From Dysidea avara (Eukaryota): a stretch of 64,000 nucleotides of DNA. A model generated the notes under the pieces. It saw only the letters and a list, made by a program, of their open reading frames with translations, was not told where the DNA came from and did no database searches. This document shows, one piece after another, positions 37,231-46,830 of this stretch. A program made the position numbers and the translations under genes. Positions within the stretch are counted from its first letter, which is position 1, and the number at the start of each line of letters is the position of its first letter. The DNA is taken from NCBI RefSeq assembly GCF_963678975.1, contig NC_089278.1, forward strand, positions 6,612,531 to 6,676,530. The letters run 5' to 3'.

Positions 37231-39284
37231 ATGTGTGAAGTTACACCATATATGGTAAGCGTAGCCACAAAGCGTGGTATATTAATTATTATGCCACAGT
37301 TTGCCGTGGTATATACCACAGCACGGCGCTTTTGATCTCAACCACAGGTGTGGTATATATATATACATATATATCATCATGCAGTATACAGAAGTACTGT
37401 ATAGTACGTATCATGGAGGTCCCCCCCCCCCCAAAAAAAAAAACAGCTTAGTTTTCTTTAAAACAGATATTCCAGGAGGGATGGTTGTCTGGAGAGCATT
37501 ATTAATGTGGTGTGCATTAGTTCAGTAGTCATTTAAAATAAGGAAAATTTTATATTTGAGTACAAAAAGTGAGGAAACATGGGAGGTCATCTACACTTAT
37601 ATATAGCTACTAGTGAACATTTAAAATAATGATCCCTACTCCAGTCATGGTGAAGTAAGAATTAAATGTCTACTAGTATAGCTGCAGGCGTAGATAACCC
37701 CCCTTGTTTCTTTTCTATGATCAGTACAGCTATGCTCAAATATAAAATTTCTATATTTTTCCTATGTTGATGTTAACTCTATTGAGGAAATCAAGGTGGA
37801 AGTTGTAGAGGCACTGATTTCAAATATTCCATCTTTCTGATGTTTATATTGTTGGATGTGTACGTACATGTTTTAGTTATTTTACACATAGTGGACAAAA
37901 ACAGAACATGATGATTTTGATCAGTGGAAAAAAGAAATTAATGAAGAATTTGTAATCGCTCATTTGGGGTCTCCCTTGATTCATGAAGTCTATCTGACGA
38001 CAACACTCACAAGTACAGGTCTGGGAAATCAAATTCCCTGTATTGGTAGCCAGCAGATTCTGACAGTTGACATAAAAGGTGGACCAGTGTTTTTCAAGGA
38101 TTATGATCCATCTGTTCCTCTTGATAGTAAGAATATTACGTAAAAAATAATATTACTAATGTTTGGGTTTTCCAGCCAACAAAGAAACCTGGCACAACAG
38201 TAGTGTGATGGTTATCTATAGTCACTAACTGTTATTTCTCAGAGTCTAACTATGGACCTCTAAGGTCCTGTAGGCAAAGTAGCTAAATCAAAATGGCTTT
38301 GCCTTTTTTCCTTTAATAAAGTTCTGTTGCCTGGTACAACAGACAATACATACTCTTATTACTATACTAGCAGTAGCAGTAGTAGTGATAGGAGAGCAAC
38401 TTGTGTAAACCATTCATTGTTCCATTACAGAAGCTTCTTTGTTTCTTAAAGTGGAATATCAACCCCCCTCCGAATCTTCACCACAGAAAATCATTTGGAT
38501 CAGTTTGAGTACACTTAAGCCAATTAGATATAAAAAAAGTGAAAACCGATTTTATGCAGACTTTTCACAGACATCATTACAACCAGCAACACCAATCATT
38601 GGTGGTGGTGGTGATCCACCAACTGATGATGACTCTGAACCATCAGCTCAGACCTCAACTGACGACTCTAATCATAAAGTAAGTTAACGTGTTTTTTTTT
38701 TAAGTTTAAAATGAAAATGTGTGCAGAATCCATTCTGGTACATTCCGAAAATCATTGATAAGGATGAGTTTAATTATCATGTAAATGGAGGGGAGCGTGA
38801 GACAATAATATACCCTGTACTAGGTGGTTCAACCGATAAAAGGATTAGCAAGGGAGATGGTGACAAACCTCCTGCCATACTTCATACCTCTGGTCTGAAG
38901 TTTGACATAAACAATCATGATGACACAAACATTTAAGGATCAAACAAAAAAAATCTGAAGCTCAAACATATAAACTGGTAGTTTTTGTGACACTTTTACA
39001 CACTTTGCTAGTACCTGTGTAGCCATTGTAAACAATATTATAAAAACTTGTGTGTGTTTACAACCACTACATGAAGTCTCATTGATGGCTCTCCCCTGGA
39101 TCCTCCACTGACACCTGGTAGTAGTGATGTGGTCACTGTTATGTCTGCTTCCCTGCTTGTAACTGTCTGATCAATTGTCTAGCTTGACTTAATTCCTCAT
39201 CCAATGAAGATACCTGATGATGTCATCATTAATAATATAGCTAAGACTTATGATTGGACAAATAATTAACACACCATTGGTATT

Positions 39285-39500
39285 ATGGTGTGTGTTGTGT
39301 GTGTGTTGTTGTGTGTGTGTTGTGTGTGTGTGTGTGTGTGTGTGAGTGAGTGAGTGAGTGAGTGAGTGAGTGAGTGAGTGAGTGAGTGAGTGAGTGAGTG
39401 AGTGAGTGAGTGAGTGAGTGAGTGAGTGAGTGAGTGAGTGAGTGAGTGAGTGAGTGAGTGAGTGAGTGAGTGAGTGAAATGAGTGAGAGAGAGAGAGAGG
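39285..39500. repeat. (GT)n then a long (GTGA)n microsatellite of about 35 units, then (GA)n
   Basis: Direct reading. It lies immediately downstream (3') of the terminal exon of the minus-strand coiled-coil gene. Confidence 0.95.
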
Positions 39501-39513
39501 TGATCCCTCTTCC

Positions 39514-42095
39514 TCAACTCACCTGCTGGGACAAGTCCAGTATTAGCTGCATGTGCTGGTCTCGTAATGGCTGCTCATGATCTGTGCTGTGTTGTGTCCT
39601 ACTGGAGGAGGCACTGGCATGTTGTGATAAACTATCATTCTCGTCTTGAAGTTTCCTCACTCTTTCTAGAGGAGACAAGGTAAATTAATGATTTGTATAA
39701 AGTAGTTATCACCCAGTAGTGAAGTATTCTCTTCAGACAGTTTAGCATTTTGATCCTTTAGTGCAAATACTGCCAGCGCTGATTCGGTTCTTGATTCAGC
39801 TGAGGATGCTCGGAGTTTTTTAAGTTTCCGTTCATGTCTCTGTTGCTAAGTGTAACCATGGTGAACCACCAAATAAGTAGTTGTTACTCACCATGACAAC
39901 CATGTCATTTTGCAACTTTATCACATCATCTTGCAACTTCTTCACAACCTGAAATGTTTAGTGACATTATCATGATCACCATTAGTGTTAAACATGCTAA
40001 ATGTGTGCAAGTATGTGCAGTGGCAAATTTTGAAAGGGAGATTTCTGAGATTGTAATGTTTTTTGCTAGGGAATAGAGTTTGGGGTACAGAATGTTGATA
40101 TTTTAGAAGCTCTGTGATTGTATTTTTTAGGCTACAATCACATTAAATGCGTAATGTTTTAAGGACAAAGAATTGTGGCCTTGTTTGTTCTATTAGAGTA
40201 GTTTGCTTGACTGCTCTATTAGAGTATATCAATTGTGTTATGGAAAGGTAAAGTTTTTTCTGAGGAATACTGCTAAAGTTAAGTAGTACCTAGGGGGATA
40301 AACCACAGCAACAGTATAGCTATACTGAGCTAGCTGAGCTAAACATAATAAGAGGTTTCAACTGAAACCACAAAAACCCATCTAGATCTGTCACTGGTGC
40401 TTGTAGTATGCACATGTGTAAGCACACTAACAGTAGTTAGTTAGACCATGCTAAAAAGATTCTCTTCATAAATAATTCCTGAACAATGTAACTCAAACTG
40501 TTCAGCTTGTAGAGATACATATAGTACCATACACCTCGGATTTGGGAACAACTGTTCTAGGTGTCTTGGTTTACCGGATACCTGATAGTCCTGCCTGTAG
40601 CTTAGCAAGGTGTGCTACATTAACAAGTACAAATCCCAACCTGTCTTATGTGCAAAACAGCATGATAAGAAATCAGCTGCTCCTTGACTGAGACAAGGTA
40701 CACCAGCAGTTCACCAGTGCACCAAGAGTGTTTGAGAAGTGTGGCTATACCATTTTGTCCTCAAAAGCTGAACTTGTTATTGTACATACTATTCTAACTC
40801 TAAAAAATAGCCCTACAGTACATTGTCATTTATGCCATTACTGTGTGGTTTACCTGTTCCTGAGCTCCACTGTGTGTGCTTGTCTGCTAAATGTTCTTCA
40901 GTTGATCAAACAGAGCATCTCTCTCTGCAGTCATCAACTGTAACTAAACATCAACAAAATAACAAATAAAAAACTACATGTGCTCTTGACAATTTTTTAG
41001 CTTTATAAGGCCACTATTGATGTTTCAGATCACCTAAACCAATGTGGGTGGGCAGCTCATTATTCATCACAACTTGACAACATGTACCTGACTGTTTTAT
41101 TAGAGTTTGCTGAATGCTTTATTAGAGTATTTTAATCACTATCCTGGGGTTTAGGAAACCCCATCTGAAATTATAACTTGTAGGCTTGCAGCAGAAACTC
41201 CATATTATCATAGTTTGGCAGTACAAACACTCAGAACAAATGTGAACAGGGCAGGTCAGTGTAATAGGAAACTCAAAAGTGGATAAAAATTTTTTGAAGA
41301 TTGATATACTCTAATAGAACAGTCAGATGTATTCTAACATCTAACAAGAGTGCTTCTCTCCATTATTATTATTAATCAGCTTGAATGTTCATGCAGCTAA
41401 ATTGATATGACTATTGTCAGGCATAAACCACATATAACAAAACATTTATTATACATGAATCTAGTAAATTTGAAACATTTTAGTGTACATAATCTGGGGG
41501 TGTGTATCCCTGCTTGTACAACTCACCTGGAAAAATCCTGGATACTCCTCTGAAAGCCCGGGTCTTCAGTCCATCTAGCCTGCCTCCTAACTAGTTAGTT
41601 CATTATTCCCATAAAACACAGTGATATTGAAACAAAGGTGGAAGCTTGCATGATGCCATAAATAATGACTAAAATTTAAGTGGTGATCGAGATATAGCAA
41701 TGAGTCTGAAACATAAAATTATGAATAAGCAAGAAGCCACCAGTTCGGACTGCTGCATGGTTAAAGTGTCTGGCATACACGTATAAAACAAACTAAAATA
41801 ATTAGTGTACTTTACACATATTTCTAAATACGAATGAAATTTATTATAAATATCTAAGAAGCAGCGGGAGACATAACCAAGCACGTACCTTATCATTTGC
41901 TTCTGATGCTGCTTCCCTCGCCTTTTCCTGGCTCACAGCAAGACGTTCAAGCAACTCTTCTTGCGTTACTGCAGTGATGGGGATCGAGTCTTCTTCCTGT
42001 TCCCATGCCCTGTTGTTCACGGAGGGTACTTTACTAGTTTCAGGTTGTTCCTTGATTACTCGCACAGCACTCTTCTTGGATGGAGCGCTACCCAT
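39514..42095 (-). CDS. Small N-myristoylation-motif coiled-coil protein of about 181 aa, family not identified. Exons on the minus strand: 41889-42095 (ATG at 42095, MGSAPSKK…), 39892-39948, 39713-39839, 39514-39665. A stop TGA lies 9 nt past 39523 when the last putative donor is read through.
   Basis: Exon 1 is a 69-codon ORF starting MGSAPSKKSAVRVIKEQPETSK… and ending at a GTACGT donor. The next three exons are heptad-rich: VVKKLQDDVIKLQNDMVVM | RHERKLKKLRASSAESRTESALAVFALKDQNAKLSEENTSLLG | ERVRKLQDENDSLSQHASASSSRTQHSTDHEQPLRDQHMQLILDLSQQ(VS*). All have AG/GT boundaries and consistent phases. I recognise no confident homolog; there is a weak resemblance to leucine-zipper tails such as MYPT C-termini. 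Confidence 0.5.
41095..41345. mobile_element. Complete copy (about 250 bp) of a MITE family whose terminal inverted repeat is CTGACTGTTCTATTAGAGTA. Solo or tandem terminal-repeat remnants of this family occur at 12617-12660, 15523-15560, 24303-24330, 40190-40240, 44527-44590, 49148-49200, 50885-50930, 55105-55130, 57920-57945, 58155-58205 and 62430-62455.
   Basis: 41095 reads ctgactgttttattagagt…; 41323 reads …actctaatagaacagtcagatg. The motif TACTCTAATAGAGCAGTCA recurs 12 or more times in the window, often as a doublet about 25 bp apart. Confidence 0.7.
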
Positions 42096-42169
42096 CACAT
42101 GTGTTTACTTGCGTTACCGTGGTTATTAAGTCACGTGATGTACATTACTCACGTGGTTTAGTCATAGAC

Positions 42170-42350
42170 TATGGTATGGTCTAGTCTCGCGAGGCCAGAC
42201 CGCTTTTTCTCCACCCCACCCAGCACCCTTTCTCCGTCACGGTGCTTATCGATTAGAGATTATAATATTTCGGAGTAGGCGCTTATAATCTCTAATCGAT
42301 AAGCGCCGTGATGGAGAGAAAGTGGTCTGGCCACGCTATGGTCGAGGGTA
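42170..42350. promoter_or_regulatory. Large imperfect palindrome (about 180 bp) centred near 42275, with a perfect 21-bp inverted repeat CTTATCGATTAGAGATTATAA flanking a 17-bp spacer. It lies in the divergent intergenic region between the coiled-coil gene (minus, ATG 42095) and the DUF547 gene (plus, ATG 42381). Two CACGTG E-boxes sit at 42131-42136 and 42151-42156.
   Basis: cttatcgattagagattataatatttcggagtaggcgcttataatctctaatcgataag was read directly. Outer arms: ggccagaccgc…ccgtcacggtg versus cgccgtgatgg…gtggtctggcc. It could also be a foldback transposable-element insertion. Confidence 0.5.
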
Positions 42351-42380
42351 TGGTACAGACTACAGTGTATAAAATTCAGA

Positions 42381-44248
42381 ATGGCTCTCTTCCTGACTCT
42401 CATTACAGTATTTTGTGCAACTTTTGCTACCGGTAGCGACTTGAAAACATCATACGAATTTTGGGATGAAGTGAGCTAGCCTTACAAATTACAAATATAA
42501 AGGCTGCTATCATTGCCCCTACGTGTGTGTTTAATTAATAATCCAGGTCGTATCTCATCACATCAGTCCAGGCCATCTGGAGGGGATTAGTGTGAATGTT
42601 GTTGATTATGAGTCCATCAGGTAACCAGTAGTAGTGATGGGAACCAACTTCATCTTCACTGCTTGTAGGAGTGATGGAAATTTCTACAAATACTTGACTG
42701 TTATCAGAGATGTTGACACTAAAAACTTCACTCGTAGTGAACTATATGCTTTCTTCATGAACGTCTACAATGCTTTTGCAATTAAAATGATCCTAGATCA
42801 TTCTTGTGACAAGTATGTCAGTCTATACTATAGTCTGTATATATATATATATCTACACTTGTGCCATACACTATACAACACTGAATAATAGGGTACTGAA
42901 TGGTTGTCCTTGAAAAACAACTGATCTGTACATGTTGACTGAGTATCAAATGTTAGATAATTTTAGTTCTTAGCAATGGACATTTTTCTATCTTTTTATT
43001 CAGATGGTTATATCATAGTTGTATCACTAAGGTCCTACTGTAGATACTGTGTTTATTTTATTAGAAGCTGTTACAGTCTCCTAAAAGTCATCAAATCATA
43101 TCAGTGCCTTATACTACCCATTGATAATACACATCGACCTTATGAGTATGCACTGTACCTGTTAACTTACGCTTGTAATGAGTGATTCCAGAGAAAATAT
43201 TCTTCCTCTACAGCTTGTCCCAAATGCATAATTATTGAGATTATTGGTGGGCATGGTCACTTGTGGCACAAGCTAATTAACTTGTCAGGCACCTAATGGC
43301 TTTGCATACAACTATATTCCATTACTTTCTAGTGTCTCAAGTGTAACTGCCACGAGGAAAATTGTTAATTGTGTAATGAGCAGTTGGATTCTTGCAGTCT
43401 TCTATTTGCTAATATATGCAGGTTGCGCGTGTACAAAAATTCCTGTCATTCAAATAATACATCCTTTGAACCATTGAACTAATGCATTACATTTGTTTTA
43501 TGCACTAGTTTGGATGATTGATTCTTCACTGTATATTCTGATATCATGTTCAGTTAGTGTGTACTGTATTATTATAATTATTATTATTATCTAACACTTC
43601 TTGCATGCATTGTTTTAGTACAGTGACACTTGTCTAATCAGATCATTGTAGTCACCCTTTTGTAGCTGTACACCCATCAAGAGCATCAGAGACATCAGCT
43701 CCTTATTGAGTCCTGTTTGGACGAAAACTGCTGGATATGCAGCTGGAAAGAGTTGGAGTTTGGATGAAGTAGAAAACTACTTAAGGAATCCAAAATCATT
43801 TCAGTATGTAGACCTAATTCACATCAACCCTTTCTAATGCTCTGTATCTTACAAGGGAGGACTCTCGTCTTCATGCATGTATAGTGTGTGCCTCAATATC
43901 ATGTCCAGATGTGTTGACGGATGCATTTGAACCAAGTACGGTTGATGAGCAGATGACAAGTCAAATGGAGACATTTCTAAAGAACACCAAGAAAGGTTGG
44001 TATATATAGCTTAACCAACATATTACTTGGATTGGCCATGGATAAGAGCTCAGACAGTTCACTTGTCCTCAATCTTCAACTGGTTTAGTGGTGACTTCAT
44101 TCGTCATGCTGGAAATGTCAAGGATTTCATCATGAGATATGCTCCAGCTGATGTAGTCAGTTACCTAAACAACACTGATGTTGACTTTAAGTATTTTAGC
44201 CATGACTGGAACTTGAACGGTCAAGTGACATGTAATTGTACTATCTAA
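42381..44248 (+). CDS. DUF547-domain protein with an N-terminal signal peptide. Exons: 42381-42470, 42547-42620, 42669-42816, 43682-43803, 43856-43995, 44058-44248 (stop TAA).
   Basis: Exon 1 MALFLTLITVFCATFATGSDLKTSYEFWDE has a hydrophobic signal-like core. Later exons give …RSDGNFYKYLTVIRDVDTKNFTRSELYAFFMNVYNAFAIKMILDHSCDKY | SIRDISSLLSPVWTKTAGYAAGKSWSLDEVENYLRNPKSFQ | EDSRLHACIVCASISCPDVL… | …VHLSSIFNWFSGDFIRHAGNVKDFIMRYAPADVVSYLNNTDVDFKYFSHDWNLNG…. These match the DUF547 hallmarks: (A/L)F(F/W)(I/M)N(V/L)YN, R(I/L)HFAL.C…SCP, F.WF..DF. Splice phases are consistent. The exon 2/3 junction and the unusual donor GTCAGT at 42817 are less certain. Confidence 0.7.
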
Positions 44249-44324
44249 CTAGTGTAATTGAATTTAGTTAAGACTTGACAATTGGAAAAGCTCCTCTTTC
44301 AATAGTTACAAGTCAAATAAGGCC

Positions 44325-44693
44325 AATGAAACTTGATTACCAGTTTCTCGCTCAGATTTTTGAAAATTTGATGAGGGTGGGCGGTTATTGTTCATTATTC
44401 ATTATTTTCCAAAAGCACAACACACATTCCAAACATGAAGATTTCTGCCAAAAAAAGTGAGATCTACATTGATTACTCTTGCATTAAATAGCTAAAGTAC
44501 ATTACTAATCCATATAACAAATGATTTTTCCATTAGAGTATAGCTGATTGCTTCATTAGAGTAAAAGTGACTGCTCTATTAGAGTATTTCAATCTGAAAT
44601 TCCAATAATGAAATCCTATGCGGGTGTATCAAAAGTATGCGGGCGATGACGCGAAACTGCTAATCAAGTTTCATTGGCCTAATGCACAGTCTC
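44325..44693. mobile_element. MITE with about 27-bp terminal inverted repeats (GGCCAATGAAACTTGATTACCAGTTTC); its interior is related to the 36311 MITE (GATGAGGGTGGGCGG / GTATGCGGGCG motifs)
   Basis: 44328-44354 is the reverse complement of 44665-44691. Confidence 0.75.
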
Positions 44694-44867
44694 AAATTAC
44701 CTTATAGGAAAAAGTATTTGAAAAACCATCAACAACTACTAGTAACTGAACTAGAGTAGCCATTGCCAAGAGTATATAATGGGGAGGTATCAGCAACACA
44801 CAAACTCAGTGGAATACTCTAATCGATGTTAATCTTGTCACGTGATAGCTCGAGGTGTATACGAGAA

Positions 44868-44969
44868 ATGCGCTACCCTCGAATCTTCCTGGTGATCCTA
44901 ACCACGTTATTTGCAGCTCTTGTTTATGCTAATGACGACTTGAAAATGTCATATAAATTGTGGAACGAG
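44868..44969 (+). CDS. Paralogous signal-peptide first exon of a second DUF547-like gene (MRYPRIFLVILTTLFAALVYANDDLKMSYKLWNE, donor GTAAGC). Downstream exons were not located. A SINE-tail insertion follows at 44985-45080.
   Basis: Compare MALFLTLITVFCATFATGSDLKTSYEFWDE|gtgagc at 42381-42470. The motif (S/N)DDLK(T/M)SY(E/K)(F/L)W(D/N)E and the exon end position are shared. Confidence 0.45.
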
Positions 44970-45414
44970 GTAAGCTGTACATCAGGGAGTGTACATAGTC
45001 TGGCGCGGCCGCCCCTTCGCAAACAGGAAGGGTCTGGGGACCGTACAGACGATTATTATTATTATTATATTTGTTACTGTACAGAAATCAAAAAGATTGT
45101 TGAGCACAGGTATGATCATAATGAATGTTCAGGTTAGTACAAAACTCATCTAAGGTAGGGGAGTGAATTACAAAGGGGGGGAGTGTGTTCCAGAGTCTGA
45201 TTGTAGAAGGGAAAAAGGAAAATTTATAAGAATCAATCATAGTGTCAAGCTGTTTATAATATCCTTCCCTTGATGGACGATGATTAGGTATTAGATCATT
45301 TGTGGGCATAGGCGGATCTAGGAGGCACTGTCAAGGGGGGGGCAAGAAGTTTTAGTTCACTTTTATCCACCAAATTAAATGCTTGATAAACCAATTTGCC
45401 AAATCTTGTCTCTC

Positions 45415-45483
45415 TCACACACACACACGCACGCACGCACGCACCACAACACACACGTGCACATACACACCACAACCACAACA
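45415..45483. repeat. (CA)n/(CACG)n compound microsatellite
   Basis: Direct reading. Similar tails occur at 796-848 and 46027-46058. Confidence 0.9.
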
Positions 45484-46309
45484 CGCATACCTCTTTGCCA
45501 CCTGTCCATCAGTCCTCCTGACCCCCCATGGAGTCTACCCACCAGGCCTGAATAATCCAACTCTAATTACAACACTGTCTATTTAGTCCAGATGAGCAAC
45601 CTCCAGAGAGACAGACAAATCTCTAGGACGATAGTGGGCCTGGATCATTAATAGGCCTGGTGAAAAAATGCAAAGCAGTGTACACACATCCACCCACACC
45701 CACACGTACACAAAAAGCAAAGTCGTCAGCTACTGTATACACAATCATGCCTACCTAGTGAACCAGCACTGGGGCATCTGTGCACTACTGAGATGCTGAG
45801 TTGGTGTAGGCAAAACTTCTGGAGTAGGACTAGATCCTGCAGGATGCTGTACCATGTGTCATGAGTGAAGGTCTGGCCGGTACCCAAAGTTCCAACTGAA
45901 CTTCACCTATTATTCGAGATGGGTATTTGATTCCCAGTAAACACCAAGTACCTATATACAAATGGATGGGCTGCTTTCCCAGTTGACACCAGGTCACCAT
46001 GCAGGTCCCCATTTAACAGCTGGGTACGTACACACGCACGCACGCACGCACACACACAAAGCCCTCAGCTGCCATTGATATATTACCTGGTGAATCACTG
46101 GACCATGGCCAGTCATGAAGTGCTATTGAGTCAGCACAGGTATGTACGTCTCACAGGATTAAGTATGGCCTGTCATCCCACCTGGGCCTCACCTGTTAGG
46201 TGAGACATCGACAGTGGAAATTTGCTTACCCATTTAACACTTGCATGCATGTTTACCATTGGTAGCAGTGGCATAGGATAACTAAACTAGGTTTTCATGT
46301 TGGCTGGCT

Positions 46310-46830
46310 TTGCCACTGTTACTTAACAACAGCAACACAGTGCTAGCCCCATTACTGTTCCTATGCTACATCAACGACATATCTCATGATATCAGATCAA
46401 CAGTGAAGCTATATGCTGATGACATTCTAATTTACAGACCAATACTTACCATTGAAGATTGTGAAACCTTACAAAGTGACTTGGATCGTCTTCAGTCATG
46501 GGCAAATAAATGGAAAATGTGCTTCAATGCTAAAAAGTGTGAGTTTATACGTATATCTAATATTAAGCACCCCATCATCTCTCAGTATACCATCCAAAAC
46601 ACAGATATCCAGTGTGTTCCTCATGTCACGTATCTAGGTGTAACTATAGACCAGCACCTCACCAGGAATCAATTATAACACACTACTAATATCTCAAATA
46701 AAGCCAACTCAATCAGAGGCTTTCTTCAGCAAAACATAAGTTCATGCCCAATAACAGTCAAAGAAGCATACTATAAGACAATGGTAAGACCTATTCTTGA
46801 GCATGCTTGCTATATAGCCAATATCAGATG
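46310..46830 (+). mobile_element. LINE reverse-transcriptase fragment: RT motif YADDILIY, then the post-RT region …AYYKTMVRPILEHACYIAN
   Basis: ORF 46310-46678: …PLLFLCYINDISHDIRSTVKLYADDILIYRPI…LDRLQSWANKWKMCFNAKKCEFIRI…. Continues in a shifted frame to 46830. Paralogous to the RT C-terminus at 29607-30251. Confidence 0.75.

Larger units (their letters stand above)
32440..39270 (+). other. Tandem-duplication unit 2 of the lineage-specific gene. Copy 2 layout: 5' region X 32653-32893 (ORF MSGYQACMRHEIPAIRLSCQQA…LDLDKPLRHALEQVFNHQGTVVLTFQGSSYDQVV*); about 4.7 kb of inserted repeats and transposable elements (33040-37760); exon a 37783-37845 (its acceptor region is deleted and there is an in-frame TGA); exon b 37892-38126 (donor GTAAGA); exon d 38452-38678; exon e 38727-38936 (stop TAA).
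   Basis: In copy 2, b/d/e splice cleanly: …PVFFKDYDPSVPLD|MEYQPPSESSPQKIIWISLSTLKPIRYKKSENRFYADFSQTSLQPATPIIGGGGDPPTDDDSEPSAQTSTDDSNHK|NPFWYIPKIIDKDEFNYHVNGGERETIIYPVLGGSTDKRISKGDGDKPPAILHTSGLKFDINNHDDTNI*. The ATG is created at the b/d junction (A|TG). I recognise no known domain. Confidence 0.45.

Noticed and set aside
38137-38210. 'ccag|CCAACAAAGAAACCTGGCACAACAG' as an extra exon between orphan-gene exons b and d
   Set aside because: Using it breaks the reading frame in both copies. Direct b-to-d splicing (A|TG junction) gives an open frame through exon e in both copies.
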